From an uncultured candidatus Porisulfidus sp. (GTDB lineage Bacteria; Pseudomonadota; Gammaproteobacteria; Poriferisulfidales; Oxydemutatoraceae): DNA of 64,000 bases. Shown here one piece after another: positions 43,611 through 55,260 of the stretch. The stretch covers positions 704,001 to 768,000 of the forward strand of contig OZ244052.1 in assembly GCA_965215125.1 (NCBI GenBank), read 5' to 3'. Below the pieces are notes generated by a model that saw only the letters and a list, made by a program, of their open reading frames with translations, was not told the DNA's origin and did no database searches. Every line of letters begins with the position of its first letter. The stretch's first letter is position 1. Both the position numbers and the translations under genes were made by a program.

Positions 43611-44437
43611 GTGCGTGCACCGTTCTGTATCGTGCGAATACGTGTCACTTCCGACAACAGACCGTCAAATCCGGAAAAATTGAAATCGCGCTCCAGCAAG
43701 GTAGGGATAACACCAAACAGCTTATATGTCTCGCCCAGTAGATTCCAGACATTCTCTATCACATCGGCACCGTGCGTATCGACGATCAGATCGGGAGCTT
43801 CGTTATAATGTCCGGCAATATGGCAATAAGCGATCCGTTCGGCAGGTAACTCTTTTATATATTGCTTCGGGTCAAATCCGAAATTGACGGAATTAACATA
43901 TACATTGTTGACATCCAGTAATAATTGACAATCGGATTTCTCTAATACCCGATTTATAAAATCGGTCTCACTCATCATCTTGGCAGGTGCTATATAAGCG
44001 GAGACATTTTCTATTGCGATGCGCCTCCCGAGAAAATCCTGAACCTCGCAGATACGATCGGCAACATAATCGGCTGCCTCGGGAGTAAATGGGATAGGCA
44101 TCAAGTCATAGAGATGGCCACCATCGGAACAATAACTCAAATGCTCGCTATAACAGCGCACCGAATATTGCTCTATGAAGTCTTTAACTCGTCCGAGAAA
44201 TTTTCTGTCGAGCGGGTCGGGGCTACCTAGAGATAACGACAACCCATGACAAACTAGAGGATATCGCTCGACTAGATACTCGAATTCCTCTTTGATTCGC
44301 CCGCCTATGCCGATCCAGTTTTCCGGCGCAGTCTCAAGGAAATCAATCGCCCCGGCATCGCTATTGTTTATTTCCTTAATGAGACTTCTACGCAGTCCCA
44401 ACCCGGCACCGGAAACCGAATACGAAGCGGCCGACAT
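43604..44437 (-). CDS. DUF692 multinuclear non-heme iron oxidative enzyme (HvfB/BufB-like)
   Basis: GAGLGLRR, APENW, HGLSLSLG, YSEHLS, YDLMPIPF, LLLDVNNVYVN, HIAGH, DTHG, LLERD. Confidence 0.93.
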   Translation of the reverse strand: MSAASYSVSGAGLGLRRSLIKEINNSDAGAIDFLETAPENWIGIGGRIKEEFEYLVERYPLVCHGLSLSLGSPDPLDRKFLGRVKDFIEQYSVRCYSEHLSYCSDGGHLYDLMPIPFTPEAADYVADRICEVQDFLGRRIAIENVSAYIAPAKMMSETDFINRVLEKSDCQLLLDVNNVYVNSVNFGFDPKQYIKELPAERIAYCHIAGHYNEAPDLIVDTHGADVIENVWNLLGETYKLFGVIPTLLERDFNFSGFDGLLSEVTRIRTIQNGARTA

Positions 44438-44440
44438 CTC

Positions 44441-44887
44441 TTATTTACGCATACGCGTAATAATATGATCTATGCTCAGCTTTCCTGGACCACTGAAAAA
44501 TAAAACCAGTAATATAATCAAATAGATCAGCGGCAACTTATAACCGTTATCGCAAACATTATAACCATTGCCCGCGTGCACACTGTACCAAGCGACTATA
44601 TCCAATATGATTAAAGTAAAGACCCAAAAACGCGTAGCCAAACCGATGGCTATGGCTATCGCCCCTAAAACCTCCGACCACGTTGCGAGAAACCAGCTGA
44701 TACTAGTAGGTATCACGTTAAACGGAAATGGAAAATCATTGACGATGCTGTCAAACCAATTACTTCCGTTCAGTTTCTGTTGACCCGCTTCCCAAAATTC
44801 CCATGCAATAAATAAGCGCAGTAGCAACATTGAGAGAAAATCACCGATAACGGAAAGTTTTGAATATAAATTATCTATAGCATTCAT
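44441..44887 (-). CDS. DoxX family membrane protein (HvfX-like)
   Basis: LRLFIAWEFWEAG, GYNVCDNGYKLPL, GPGKLSID. Confidence 0.85.
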   Translation of the reverse strand: MNAIDNLYSKLSVIGDFLSMLLLRLFIAWEFWEAGQQKLNGSNWFDSIVNDFPFPFNVIPTSISWFLATWSEVLGAIAIAIGLATRFWVFTLIILDIVAWYSVHAGNGYNVCDNGYKLPLIYLIILLVLFFSGPGKLSIDHIITRMRK

Positions 44888-45010
44888 AATCTATCCCCTA
44901 AGGTTGTAAAAGTCGTTGCATAGTATTATCCCACATTTTATGCATATTGGGCATTTTGTACGAGATAAATAGTATAAAATAGGAGTAATTACCCCTACAA
45001 GTATTGAAAA

Positions 45011-45775
45011 ATGTTGCTAGCCGAAGCCTATCTACGAGTTAAGAACCGCCATATTCTATACGATTATCAATTCCCCATAACTGCCGAGTGGTTTGACCCC
45101 AAAAAATTATCACGGATAGCCGAGCTTTCCGGTGAGAGCGAAGGCGGTCGCAACAAATCAATTTTCTTTAAGATAGACGGACGAGAATATATGCTCAAGC
45201 ATTATTACCGCGGCGGAATGGCAGCGCGCTGGCTCAAAGATCGTTATTTATATAGAGGACATCGTAAAGTCCATGTATTTAGAGAATGGCGGTTGATACA
45301 CCAAATGCAACGGTGGCATTTGCCGGTGCCTACGCCGTGTGCAGCTTCTTATATTCCTCAATTAATGCTCTACACCGCAGATATGATTTTAGGTAGTTGC
45401 AGACCGGCTAGACCCCTATCGTTTCTGTTGCGCGAACAAGATATCCAAGAGAAGCATTGGCGGCTAATCGGCAAAACGATACGACGCTTTCACAATAAAA
45501 ATGTTTTTCATGCCGACTTGAATGCCCATAACATTTTGCTGTTGCCGGAAAAAGATCAAGTTTTTTTAGTGGACTTTGACCGTAGCTTTATATGTAAAAC
45601 AAGAAACGCTTGGCAGCAAGCCAACCTCAACCGCCTAGAACGTTCATTCAGAAAGCTACATAAAAAGCACGGCGATGGTTTCCGTTATCGCAAGGATAAT
45701 TTTTCGGCTTTGGTAGATGGGTACCACGAAAACGCCTATTCCACTACATTCCCTCGCATCAACGGTGGTGGTTGA
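45011..45775 (+). CDS. kdkA: 3-deoxy-D-manno-octulosonic acid kinase
   Basis: LKHYYRGG, HADLNAHNILL, VDFD, QANLNRLERSFRK; adjacent to waaA. Confidence 0.88.
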   Translation: MLLAEAYLRVKNRHILYDYQFPITAEWFDPKKLSRIAELSGESEGGRNKSIFFKIDGREYMLKHYYRGGMAARWLKDRYLYRGHRKVHVFREWRLIHQMQRWHLPVPTPCAASYIPQLMLYTADMILGSCRPARPLSFLLREQDIQEKHWRLIGKTIRRFHNKNVFHADLNAHNILLLPEKDQVFLVDFDRSFICKTRNAWQQANLNRLERSFRKLHKKHGDGFRYRKDNFSALVDGYHENAYSTTFPRINGGG

Positions 45776-46998
45776 AAATCCAGCGATTCTAGCTCCGCAA
45801 TATAACGATGGGCAATATCCGCATATCGGCTTAAATAATTTTTCGCCGCTAAGGCATTTTTCTCGTAGTAATCGGGTTGTTTAATGACTTTTCCAAAAAT
45901 ATCCACTAAGGCTTGTGCATCATCTATGATGATAAGCCCACCCATTTCGTTTAGTGCTTGCGCCTCTTCAATTATGTTATCTAAATAAAAACCGGTAACT
46001 TGAGGCGTACCGAGCATCGCGGCCTCCAATATGTTATGTCCACCTTTATTAACCAATGATCCACCCAAGAAAACCAATCGGGCGTGTTTAATCAGTTGGG
46101 GAAGTTGTCCTATTCGGTTGTATAAGATGACATCGTCATCGCCGACCGCCGTATCCGGATGATAATAGTCCGCACGAATATTGTTGCGCTGCAAAGCGTT
46201 TAGTATTTTCTCCGCCCGTCGAGGATGGCGTGGCGCAATCACCAACACAAAGTTTCTTTTTTCTATTCGTTGCCATACTCCGACGATTTGTAATTCTTCG
46301 TCGTCGTGCGTAGAGGCGGCAAGGATATAAGGCCGGTTAATCAAATCCGGTAATTGTTCGTCAAAACTCGCTGCGTATTTAAGGTTGCCCAGTGTTTTAA
46401 TTTTCCACGGCGGTGCGCCCGCTTGTATATAAGTTTCTCTATCGCGTTCGGATTTCGCATAGACCGCTTTTAAGGGTGTCATGCTCTGCTCGTAATAACG
46501 ACGCACCCACACATTTGCATTCACAGTACGCTCGGACAAGCGCGCATTGATAATCACGGTCGGGATACGAAGTTCGGCACAACGGTGGAACAGATGGAAC
46601 CAGACTTCGGTCTCCATAATGAGTGCCGCCCGCGGCCGAAGTGTTTTCAAAAAATGTTTTACCGGGAATATGTAATCTAACGGCAGGTAGCAATGTTGCA
46701 TCCGATGCCGGGCTTTGGACTCGAATACTCGGGCGGAACTAATCGTAGTCGTCGTGACGAGTAGACGATCTTCGGGATATTTGGCGAGCCATTGCTCGAG
46801 CAGAAGCAATGCGGTGTTAAGCTCTCCGACCGAGGCGCAATGTATCCATAACGGTCGCTCGCGCAAAGCCGGTAGACACATGCCGAAACGTTGCAATATA
46901 TAACGGAAGCTACGGTATCTAATCCCTACGATAACCGTATAAAGCAATAGTAGCGGAAAGATTGTCCACAATAAAAGCCGATAGACTACGGCAATCAT
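45736..46998 (-). CDS. waaA: Kdo transferase
   Basis: WIHCASVGE, LPLD, METEVW, NARLS, GNLKY, APRHP, GGHNILEAA. Confidence 0.93.
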   Translation of the reverse strand: MIAVVYRLLLWTIFPLLLLYTVIVGIRYRSFRYILQRFGMCLPALRERPLWIHCASVGELNTALLLLEQWLAKYPEDRLLVTTTTISSARVFESKARHRMQHCYLPLDYIFPVKHFLKTLRPRAALIMETEVWFHLFHRCAELRIPTVIINARLSERTVNANVWVRRYYEQSMTPLKAVYAKSERDRETYIQAGAPPWKIKTLGNLKYAASFDEQLPDLINRPYILAASTHDDEELQIVGVWQRIEKRNFVLVIAPRHPRRAEKILNALQRNNIRADYYHPDTAVGDDDVILYNRIGQLPQLIKHARLVFLGGSLVNKGGHNILEAAMLGTPQVTGFYLDNIIEEAQALNEMGGLIIIDDAQALVDIFGKVIKQPDYYEKNALAAKNYLSRYADIAHRYIAELESLDFQPPPLMRGNVVE

Positions 46999-47025
46999 TC
47001 GGCTATGGTTTATTGCTTGCCGGCT

Positions 47026-48426
47026 TTAGCGCAACCATCGATCGATTTGTTGTATATCTTCTTCGGACAGTATGCCTGCCACCTTTTTTAGACTAATCGT
47101 ATCGATGATGTAGCGATGACGCGCCATCATGTAATCTCGTTTTGCCGCAAATAAATCCTCTACCGCAAGCAATACATCAACCGAAGAGCGCGTGCCTACG
47201 CTAAATCCGATTTCATTCGCCTCGTAAGCACTTTGCGCCGAATCAACAGCCCGCTTCAACGCTTGAGTCCTGCTGACACTCGCCAGCACATTCAAATACG
47301 ATTCTTGTGCCTGTTGTTTGACGGTGCGATGTGTCTCTTCCAGTTGCTTTTGGCTTTCTAGCGCGAACTGCGAGGCTTGTTTCACTCTATAGTGGGTCTC
47401 ACCGCCTGCAAACAGCGGGATTTGCAGCTCCAATCCTAACTCAGTGCCTCGTATTGTCCTCTCGCTCGGCGCATTTCCCATTACTTCATTTTCGTTGCGG
47501 CGCGCATACGCCCCCAGTGTCGGAAAGTGGTCGGCACGCTGCCGCCTCACCTCGTCCTTGGCGATATTGGTGGTTAATTTTTGGGCAAGTAGTTGCGGAT
47601 TTTGCTCGCCGGAAGTCTTAACCCAAACATCTATGTTTTGAGGTTCGGGATATACAATCGGCGCGTCTTCGGATAAGGCTCTCAACGCAGAGATATTTTC
47701 GTTGACGATGATTTGCAACTTAGACAGATTAACCGATAATTCGGTCTCGTTGGATATTTCGTCGGCAATCGTGAGATCGTAAGAGGCTTCGGCTTCTTTG
47801 ACATCGGTTATCGTCGCAAGCCCGACCTCGAAGCGGGCGCGCGCCTGATCCAGTTGCCGTTCTACCGCTTCTTTTTGCGCACGCGTAAATTCCAGCTGGG
47901 TTTGTGAATCTAATACCATAAAATACGCTGCTGCAACACGCTCCAGTAAATCGTGTTCTGCCGATTGCAATTCAAGCTGCGCGCGCTGCGCCATAGAACG
48001 AGATTGGGCTAGTTCTACATAGTGCTTTTTGTTAAATATGGACTGCTCGAGCGATAATGCCATGTTGCGCGTTTGATAGTCGCAATTAGGAGGACACGGT
48101 CCTGTCCGATCAGAGAAGACAGGCCCTCTGATTTTCTCATCGTTAGTCTCCGTACGATTTGCTCTGAACGAAATTTGCGGTAATAATCGGGCACGGTTGA
48201 TCAACGGTTCTAAAATATTCGCCTCATAATTGGCCAGACTTGCCTGATAACGCATGTCGTTTTTTGTTGCCATTCGGTACAGTTCCGAAATGCCGCGTTT
48301 TTCCGAAGCACGCACGGTTTCGAATTGATCAATGTCTTGCGCATTGACAACGGCGGTTAAGCAGAAAACTACAAAGAGTAAGCCGATTAAATATGTGAAT
48401 GTCAAATTGTTGTTATCTTTGTGCAT
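47026..48426 (-). CDS. tolC: TolC-family outer membrane channel
   Basis: RFEVGLATITDVKEA, GFSVGTRSSVDVL; signal peptide; usual thiC-tolC-waaA neighbourhood. Confidence 0.88.
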   Translation of the reverse strand: MHKDNNNLTFTYLIGLLFVVFCLTAVVNAQDIDQFETVRASEKRGISELYRMATKNDMRYQASLANYEANILEPLINRARLLPQISFRANRTETNDEKIRGPVFSDRTGPCPPNCDYQTRNMALSLEQSIFNKKHYVELAQSRSMAQRAQLELQSAEHDLLERVAAAYFMVLDSQTQLEFTRAQKEAVERQLDQARARFEVGLATITDVKEAEASYDLTIADEISNETELSVNLSKLQIIVNENISALRALSEDAPIVYPEPQNIDVWVKTSGEQNPQLLAQKLTTNIAKDEVRRQRADHFPTLGAYARRNENEVMGNAPSERTIRGTELGLELQIPLFAGGETHYRVKQASQFALESQKQLEETHRTVKQQAQESYLNVLASVSRTQALKRAVDSAQSAYEANEIGFSVGTRSSVDVLLAVEDLFAAKRDYMMARHRYIIDTISLKKVAGILSEEDIQQIDRWLR

Positions 48427-48455
48427 CTATTCTGTTCTATTTGTAGGTTAATCTC

Positions 48456-48779
48456 TCAATCATAGGTCGGCATGCTGGGGTCTACATCTTTAGCCCACGC
48501 ATCTATGCCGCCTTTGAGGTTGATTACTTTTTTGAATCCATGCTTCTCCATATACAATGCTGCCGCACGACTGCGTATGCCGTGATGACAAATGACGACT
48601 ATTTCGGCATCTCGATTTAATTTACCTATCTGTTCCGACAGCTCCGACATCGGTATCAACTCGGAATCGGGCAAATGCACGATATCGTATTCCCACTGCT
48701 CGCGTACATCTATCAATACGGGCGGATCGTTTGCTGCGCCGATATAAGTTTTCAGTTCTTTAGGATATAGTTCGTTCAT
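48456..48779 (-). CDS. Rhodanese-domain protein
   Basis: LIDVREQWE, ICHHGIRS, NLKGGIDAW. Confidence 0.9.
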   Translation of the reverse strand: MNELYPKELKTYIGAANDPPVLIDVREQWEYDIVHLPDSELIPMSELSEQIGKLNRDAEIVVICHHGIRSRAAALYMEKHGFKKVINLKGGIDAWAKDVDPSMPTYD

Positions 48780-48856
48780 AAATTAAAGAGTATATTTTAA
48801 CCACAAATTAATAAATCAATACGATGTTTATTCAACCACAATGTAAGCTACAAAAT

Positions 48857-49049
48857 GTGGGGACGGATCATTCCCCTCCTGTGGAGGGGTGGCAGGCGCA
48901 GCCTGACGGGGTGGTTGTGTCGTATCTGCACTATTCTATACATTCATTCATCCAATTTATGGAAACCAAAACCAAATGGCACAAGCGTTTGCTGTTATTC
49001 CGAAGGGCGAACATCAGAATTGCCGATTGACCCACCGGTTCAATCGGCG
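48857..49049. repeat. Mosaic REP repeat downstream of thiC
   Basis: REP unit, the roughly 125-bp module shared with 43430-43555, and the GCCGATTGA palindrome at 49022-49048. Confidence 0.85.
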
Positions 49050-49052
49050 ATT

Positions 49053-50924
<1,872 letters not shown>

Positions 50925-51053
50925 TTAATGCTTATCTATGTGCAAGATATAGGCTTAGACATTTCAATCTATGAGGGCAAACCCAACCGCTTGCGCCATC
51001 ATTACGGTTTCCGCAAATTGGATGAATGTATACATAAATAGTACAGGCACAGC

Positions 51054-51222
51054 GGGGCTGTTGAAAAAATACCGTTTTGCACGATCGTAACCGCTTGCAC
51101 CAACAAATAATGGTTTCCATAATATTAATGGGTGAACGCGTTAATCGTGCAAACATGATACGTTACGGGCGGGCATACAAGTCCGCCCCTACAACTTTAT
51201 GAAATACTTTTTCAACAGTCCC
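51054..51222. mobile_element. 169-bp MITE-like element with terminal inverted repeats
   Basis: Left end GGGGCTGTTGAAAAAATA; right end reverse-complemented GGGACTGTTGAAAAAGTA. No convincing ORF. Contains the GTAG-type REP at 51167-51192. Confidence 0.65.
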
Positions 51223-51265
51223 ACGCCACAACCACCCCGTCAGGCTACGCTCTCCACAGGAAGGG

Positions 51266-53152
51266 ATGTATATGGAACTAATTTATAAAACCATAATGCT
51301 TGCCGTTTCGGTATTCGTGACACCGGCGGTAGCCGATGAAATACCGACCGAGGTGATGGTTGTTACTGCGAAAAGATTGCCTACCGACACCGACCGCCTG
51401 AGCGGTAGCATGAGTGTGATTACTGCCGAGCAAATAGAACGCCGACACTATCGAGTACTCGGCGATGCCTTGCGCGATATTCCCGGTTTAGCGGCACCTG
51501 CGTCGGGCGGTGTAGGCGCGCAAACTTCGGTCTTCATACGCGGCACCGAATCCGACCATGTTCTAATCCTGATAGACGGTGTAGAAGTGACCGACCCTTC
51601 GGCAGGTAATCGCTACGAGTTCTCGCAGCTTTCGTTGAACGGCGTGGCACGCATAGAAGTGCTACGCGGTAATTATAGTGCCGAATACGGCTCCGAAGCA
51701 CTCGGCGGCATCGTCAATATCATCACCCGAACACCGACTCGGAACGACATCTACGCTCAAGTTGAAACAGGTTCTTTTGATAGACATTCTGCAACGATTG
51801 ATATAGATGCAGTTTATAAATCATTGGATCTTTCATTAAGCGGCAGATATTTTGAAACCGCCGGGGAAAGTTTCACGCCTGCCCGCATACGACGGCGCAA
51901 TGACTGCACAATTCAATATGAAGAACGCGACGGCTATAAAAACGGCAATGTCAAAGTCAACGCAGGCTTATTGCTGATCCCCGAAACCGATACCAAACTG
52001 ACGATAAAATCCGAATATAGTCAAGCCGACTTGGAATACGACAGCGATAACTGCGAAAACCCGGAATCCGAACAATCGTCTTATACAAAACGCACGACAT
52101 TCGCCCTCTCGGGAAATTATTTTGACGGGATATGGAGTCCGACATGGCGCATGGATTATTACCGACGCGATAGCCGCGACACGGCAAGTCCCCAAAATAA
52201 AGGCGAGCGTTTCAAGCTCAACTGGCACAATGTATGGCAGCCACACTCGAACTTGGATATGGCATTCGGTGTAGAAACCGAACTGGAACAAGCACACACC
52301 GCCGGAGACTTTGACGCAAGCGCACGCACCGATGCATTCTATACCGAACTGCGCTATACACCGACACCCGACTGGCATTTGAATGTGGGTTGGCGCAACG
52401 ACGACTCCGACGACTTCGCAAGCGAGCGTAGCTATCAATTAGGCACGGTGCTACATGCAAACCTGAATACACGTTTGCATCTCAATTATGCAACCGCTTT
52501 TAGGGCACCTTCGCTGATAGATCGTTTTAGAGATTTCCCGACGTTTAATTTTTTTGCAAACCCAAACTTGAAACCCGAAACTAGCCGCAGTTGGGAAGCA
52601 GGTATAGAACAAAACTGGCTACGATGGCGGTATGGTTTCACATATTTCAATAGCAAAATCAATGATTTAATCACATTCACCTTTGATCCTAGCGATTTCA
52701 CATCAACGCTTCTCAATCAAGATCAAACGCGTATAGACGGATTAGAAAGCTTTATCGCATTCCACGCCGATAAAACGCTCACCGCACGGCTGGATTACAC
52801 ACAAACCAGTGCCCACGATCAATCTAATCAAAGACTACTTAGAAGACCACTGCGTCAAGCTATTTTATCTATAGACTACAACCCCGACGAAGGCATGCTG
52901 TCGGGTTGGTCTTTTGATATCACTTTGAACTACCGTGGACCGCAACGCGATGTGGAAAGAGTACCTTCCCCACCCTTTGAACCTATAAACAAAGGCGGTT
53001 ATACGCTCACCGACTTGAAGCTAAACTATACAATCAACGATCACCTGAAACTCTACGGCGGCATCAACAACCTATTCGATAAATCGCACGAACCTATAGA
53101 CGGCTACCAAGGCACCGGCATAAACGCACATGTCGGGTTATCGCTGAGATAA
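51266..53152 (+). CDS. TonB-dependent receptor (BtuB-like)
   Basis: TonB box VMVVTA; plug SVFIRGTESDHVLILIDG; RIEVLRG...YGSEALGGIVNIIT; NPNLKPETS. Substrate uncertain. Confidence 0.88.
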   Translation: MYMELIYKTIMLAVSVFVTPAVADEIPTEVMVVTAKRLPTDTDRLSGSMSVITAEQIERRHYRVLGDALRDIPGLAAPASGGVGAQTSVFIRGTESDHVLILIDGVEVTDPSAGNRYEFSQLSLNGVARIEVLRGNYSAEYGSEALGGIVNIITRTPTRNDIYAQVETGSFDRHSATIDIDAVYKSLDLSLSGRYFETAGESFTPARIRRRNDCTIQYEERDGYKNGNVKVNAGLLLIPETDTKLTIKSEYSQADLEYDSDNCENPESEQSSYTKRTTFALSGNYFDGIWSPTWRMDYYRRDSRDTASPQNKGERFKLNWHNVWQPHSNLDMAFGVETELEQAHTAGDFDASARTDAFYTELRYTPTPDWHLNVGWRNDDSDDFASERSYQLGTVLHANLNTRLHLNYATAFRAPSLIDRFRDFPTFNFFANPNLKPETSRSWEAGIEQNWLRWRYGFTYFNSKINDLITFTFDPSDFTSTLLNQDQTRIDGLESFIAFHADKTLTARLDYTQTSAHDQSNQRLLRRPLRQAILSIDYNPDEGMLSGWSFDITLNYRGPQRDVERVPSPPFEPINKGGYTLTDLKLNYTINDHLKLYGGINNLFDKSHEPIDGYQGTGINAHVGLSLR

Positions 53153-53179
53153 CGACGCAAACCATCCACAGGTACAGAC

Positions 53180-53390
53180 CATTCCCCTCCTTTGGAGGGG
53201 TGGCAGGCGCAATAGAACCGCCGATTGAACCAGTAGGTCAATCGGCGTCACATTGTGCAGAACCCTAACATATATGCAAAATGTAAAGCCTTTCCATGGG
53301 GTGGTTGTAAATAGGGGTATACGATTTTAACTGCTTGTGTCACATAATTACGCAAACCACCGGTAGGGGCAAGCGATTGTCCCACTATGT
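53180..53390. repeat. Long-form REP repeat and GTAG-REP remnant
   Basis: 53180-53308 is the reverse complement of about 56930-57057; GTAGGGGCAAGCG near 53363. Confidence 0.85.
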
Positions 53391-53456
53391 TATAATCAGT
53401 TTCTCTTATAAATTAAATTATACAAATACTTTGATAATAAACATTCTATATCTAAT

Positions 53457-53942
53457 ATGAAAGACAGTGAGTTTATAAATTATTTTATGGCTGTGCTAGG
53501 CGTACTGATTGCAATTACTGCAATTCTACTGGTGCTGGCTAACAACTTAGCCTCTCGACAACAAACAATGGATGTCGCAATGCTCGAGCGCACTAAAGAG
53601 CGCATTGCACCCATAGGTCAAGTTAATATAGGGAGCGTTCCCACACCAAAGGCATCTGAGACCGATGCCGGGGGCAAAGCCACAGCGGTTGCTTTTAGTC
53701 CCGAAGGTGTTTATCAATCGGTATGTCATACTTGCCATGGCACGGGTGTGCTGGAGTCGCCGCGTATAGACGACGCAGCCGAATGGAAAAAACGTTTAGC
53801 GGCAGGCTTGGACACCGTCTACCAGAAAGCGATACAAGGGGTCGGCAATATGCCTGCTAAAGGTGGGCGTACCGATCTCTCGGATCAAAACTTCAAAAAA
53901 ATTGTAGATTACATGCTGACGCAAGCCGGCGTCTCTCCCTAA
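53457..53942 (+). CDS. Cytochrome c5 family protein
   Basis: N-terminal TM, RIAPIGQV, CHTCH, MPAKGG. Confidence 0.9.
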   Translation: MKDSEFINYFMAVLGVLIAITAILLVLANNLASRQQTMDVAMLERTKERIAPIGQVNIGSVPTPKASETDAGGKATAVAFSPEGVYQSVCHTCHGTGVLESPRIDDAAEWKKRLAAGLDTVYQKAIQGVGNMPAKGGRTDLSDQNFKKIVDYMLTQAGVSP

Positions 53943-54022
53943 ACATTAAAAAGCAAGGAAATATAAAGAGAGATATCACAACCATAAATATCAACAAAAA
54001 AGAACAAAAGAGGGTTAATTAG

Positions 54023-55192
54023 ATGCTAAGCGATAAGTATAGAAACCTTCAATTAAAGATTAATTTCGAGTCGTTTTTGAGCAAACATCTTGACAGTGGC
54101 ATCGACACATTAAACTCCGTTTTCCGACCCGATGATTTTTTTGTTTCGCGAAACGACGAAGGGCTGGATATTTGGCTACGAGAAATTAATTTATCCTCTC
54201 TAGAGTGTCTTTTGACATCTCAAAAATCGGAACAAACAAAAGAGCTATTCAAATTAATTTATGACGAAGTATCGAAAATTCGAAGTTATGGAATCAAAGG
54301 AAACAAAAGATTATATGTCGGTTACAACAAGGAGCGTAAGGTCTCTCAGAGAAAAAACAAAGAAATCCGCAGAGGGAAGCATTATTATGCAAACGACAAT
54401 ACATTTGAAATACACTCAAATCAACTTCCGACTGAATACGAGAATCAAATCATTTGCGGAGATAGTCATAAAATCCTCAGAAAACTCCCCGACAATTGTA
54501 TCGACTTAGTATTCACCTCACCTCCCTACAATTTTGGATTAGACTACGAAACTTCGGACGATGCGATCGACTGGGATGGGTATTTTAATAAACTATTCGT
54601 AATCCTCGACGAATGCATACGGGTATTGAAATACGGCGGCAGATTAGTTATAAATGTGCAACCGTTATTTTCCGATTACATACCGAGCCATCACATAATC
54701 TCAACCCATTTGATGAATCGAAAAATGATTTGGAAAGGCGAGATTTTATGGGAAAAAAACAATTACAACTGCAAATATACCGCATGGGGCAGTTGGAAGA
54801 GCCCCTCAAGTCCGTATCTGAAATACACCTGGGAGTTCGTCGAAGTATTTTGCAAAGGAAGTCTGAAAAAAACCGGCAAGTCCTCCGATGCCGATATAGA
54901 CACAGACTCATTCAAGGAATGGGTTGTTGCAAAATGGTCCATTGCGCCTGAGCGTAATATGAGGAAATTTCAACATCCTGCTATGTATCCGGTTGAACTT
55001 GCAAGAAGAGTGATTCTGCTTTTTAGTTTTCGAAATGATATTGTTTTAGATCCATTCAATGGTGCCGGAACGACCTGTGTGGCAGCAAACGCTCACAACA
55101 GAACCTATTTAGGCATTGATGTGTCCCGAGAATACTGCGACATGTCAAAATCTCGATTATCAAGGCAAAATCCACTTTACCGGCTTCAATAA
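54023..55192 (+). CDS. Orphan beta-class amino (N4-C/N6-A) DNA methyltransferase
   Basis: TSPPY precedes HPAMYP and DPFNGAGTT (beta order); about 140-aa N-terminal extension. Confidence 0.9.
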   Translation: MLSDKYRNLQLKINFESFLSKHLDSGIDTLNSVFRPDDFFVSRNDEGLDIWLREINLSSLECLLTSQKSEQTKELFKLIYDEVSKIRSYGIKGNKRLYVGYNKERKVSQRKNKEIRRGKHYYANDNTFEIHSNQLPTEYENQIICGDSHKILRKLPDNCIDLVFTSPPYNFGLDYETSDDAIDWDGYFNKLFVILDECIRVLKYGGRLVINVQPLFSDYIPSHHIISTHLMNRKMIWKGEILWEKNNYNCKYTAWGSWKSPSSPYLKYTWEFVEVFCKGSLKKTGKSSDADIDTDSFKEWVVAKWSIAPERNMRKFQHPAMYPVELARRVILLFSFRNDIVLDPFNGAGTTCVAANAHNRTYLGIDVSREYCDMSKSRLSRQNPLYRLQ

Positions 55193-55260
55193 AACTGTTA
55201 CAGGTTTATTTAAGCAAAGTGCCATATCAATCTTTTTCATAATTCCCTGAAAATACGCGC

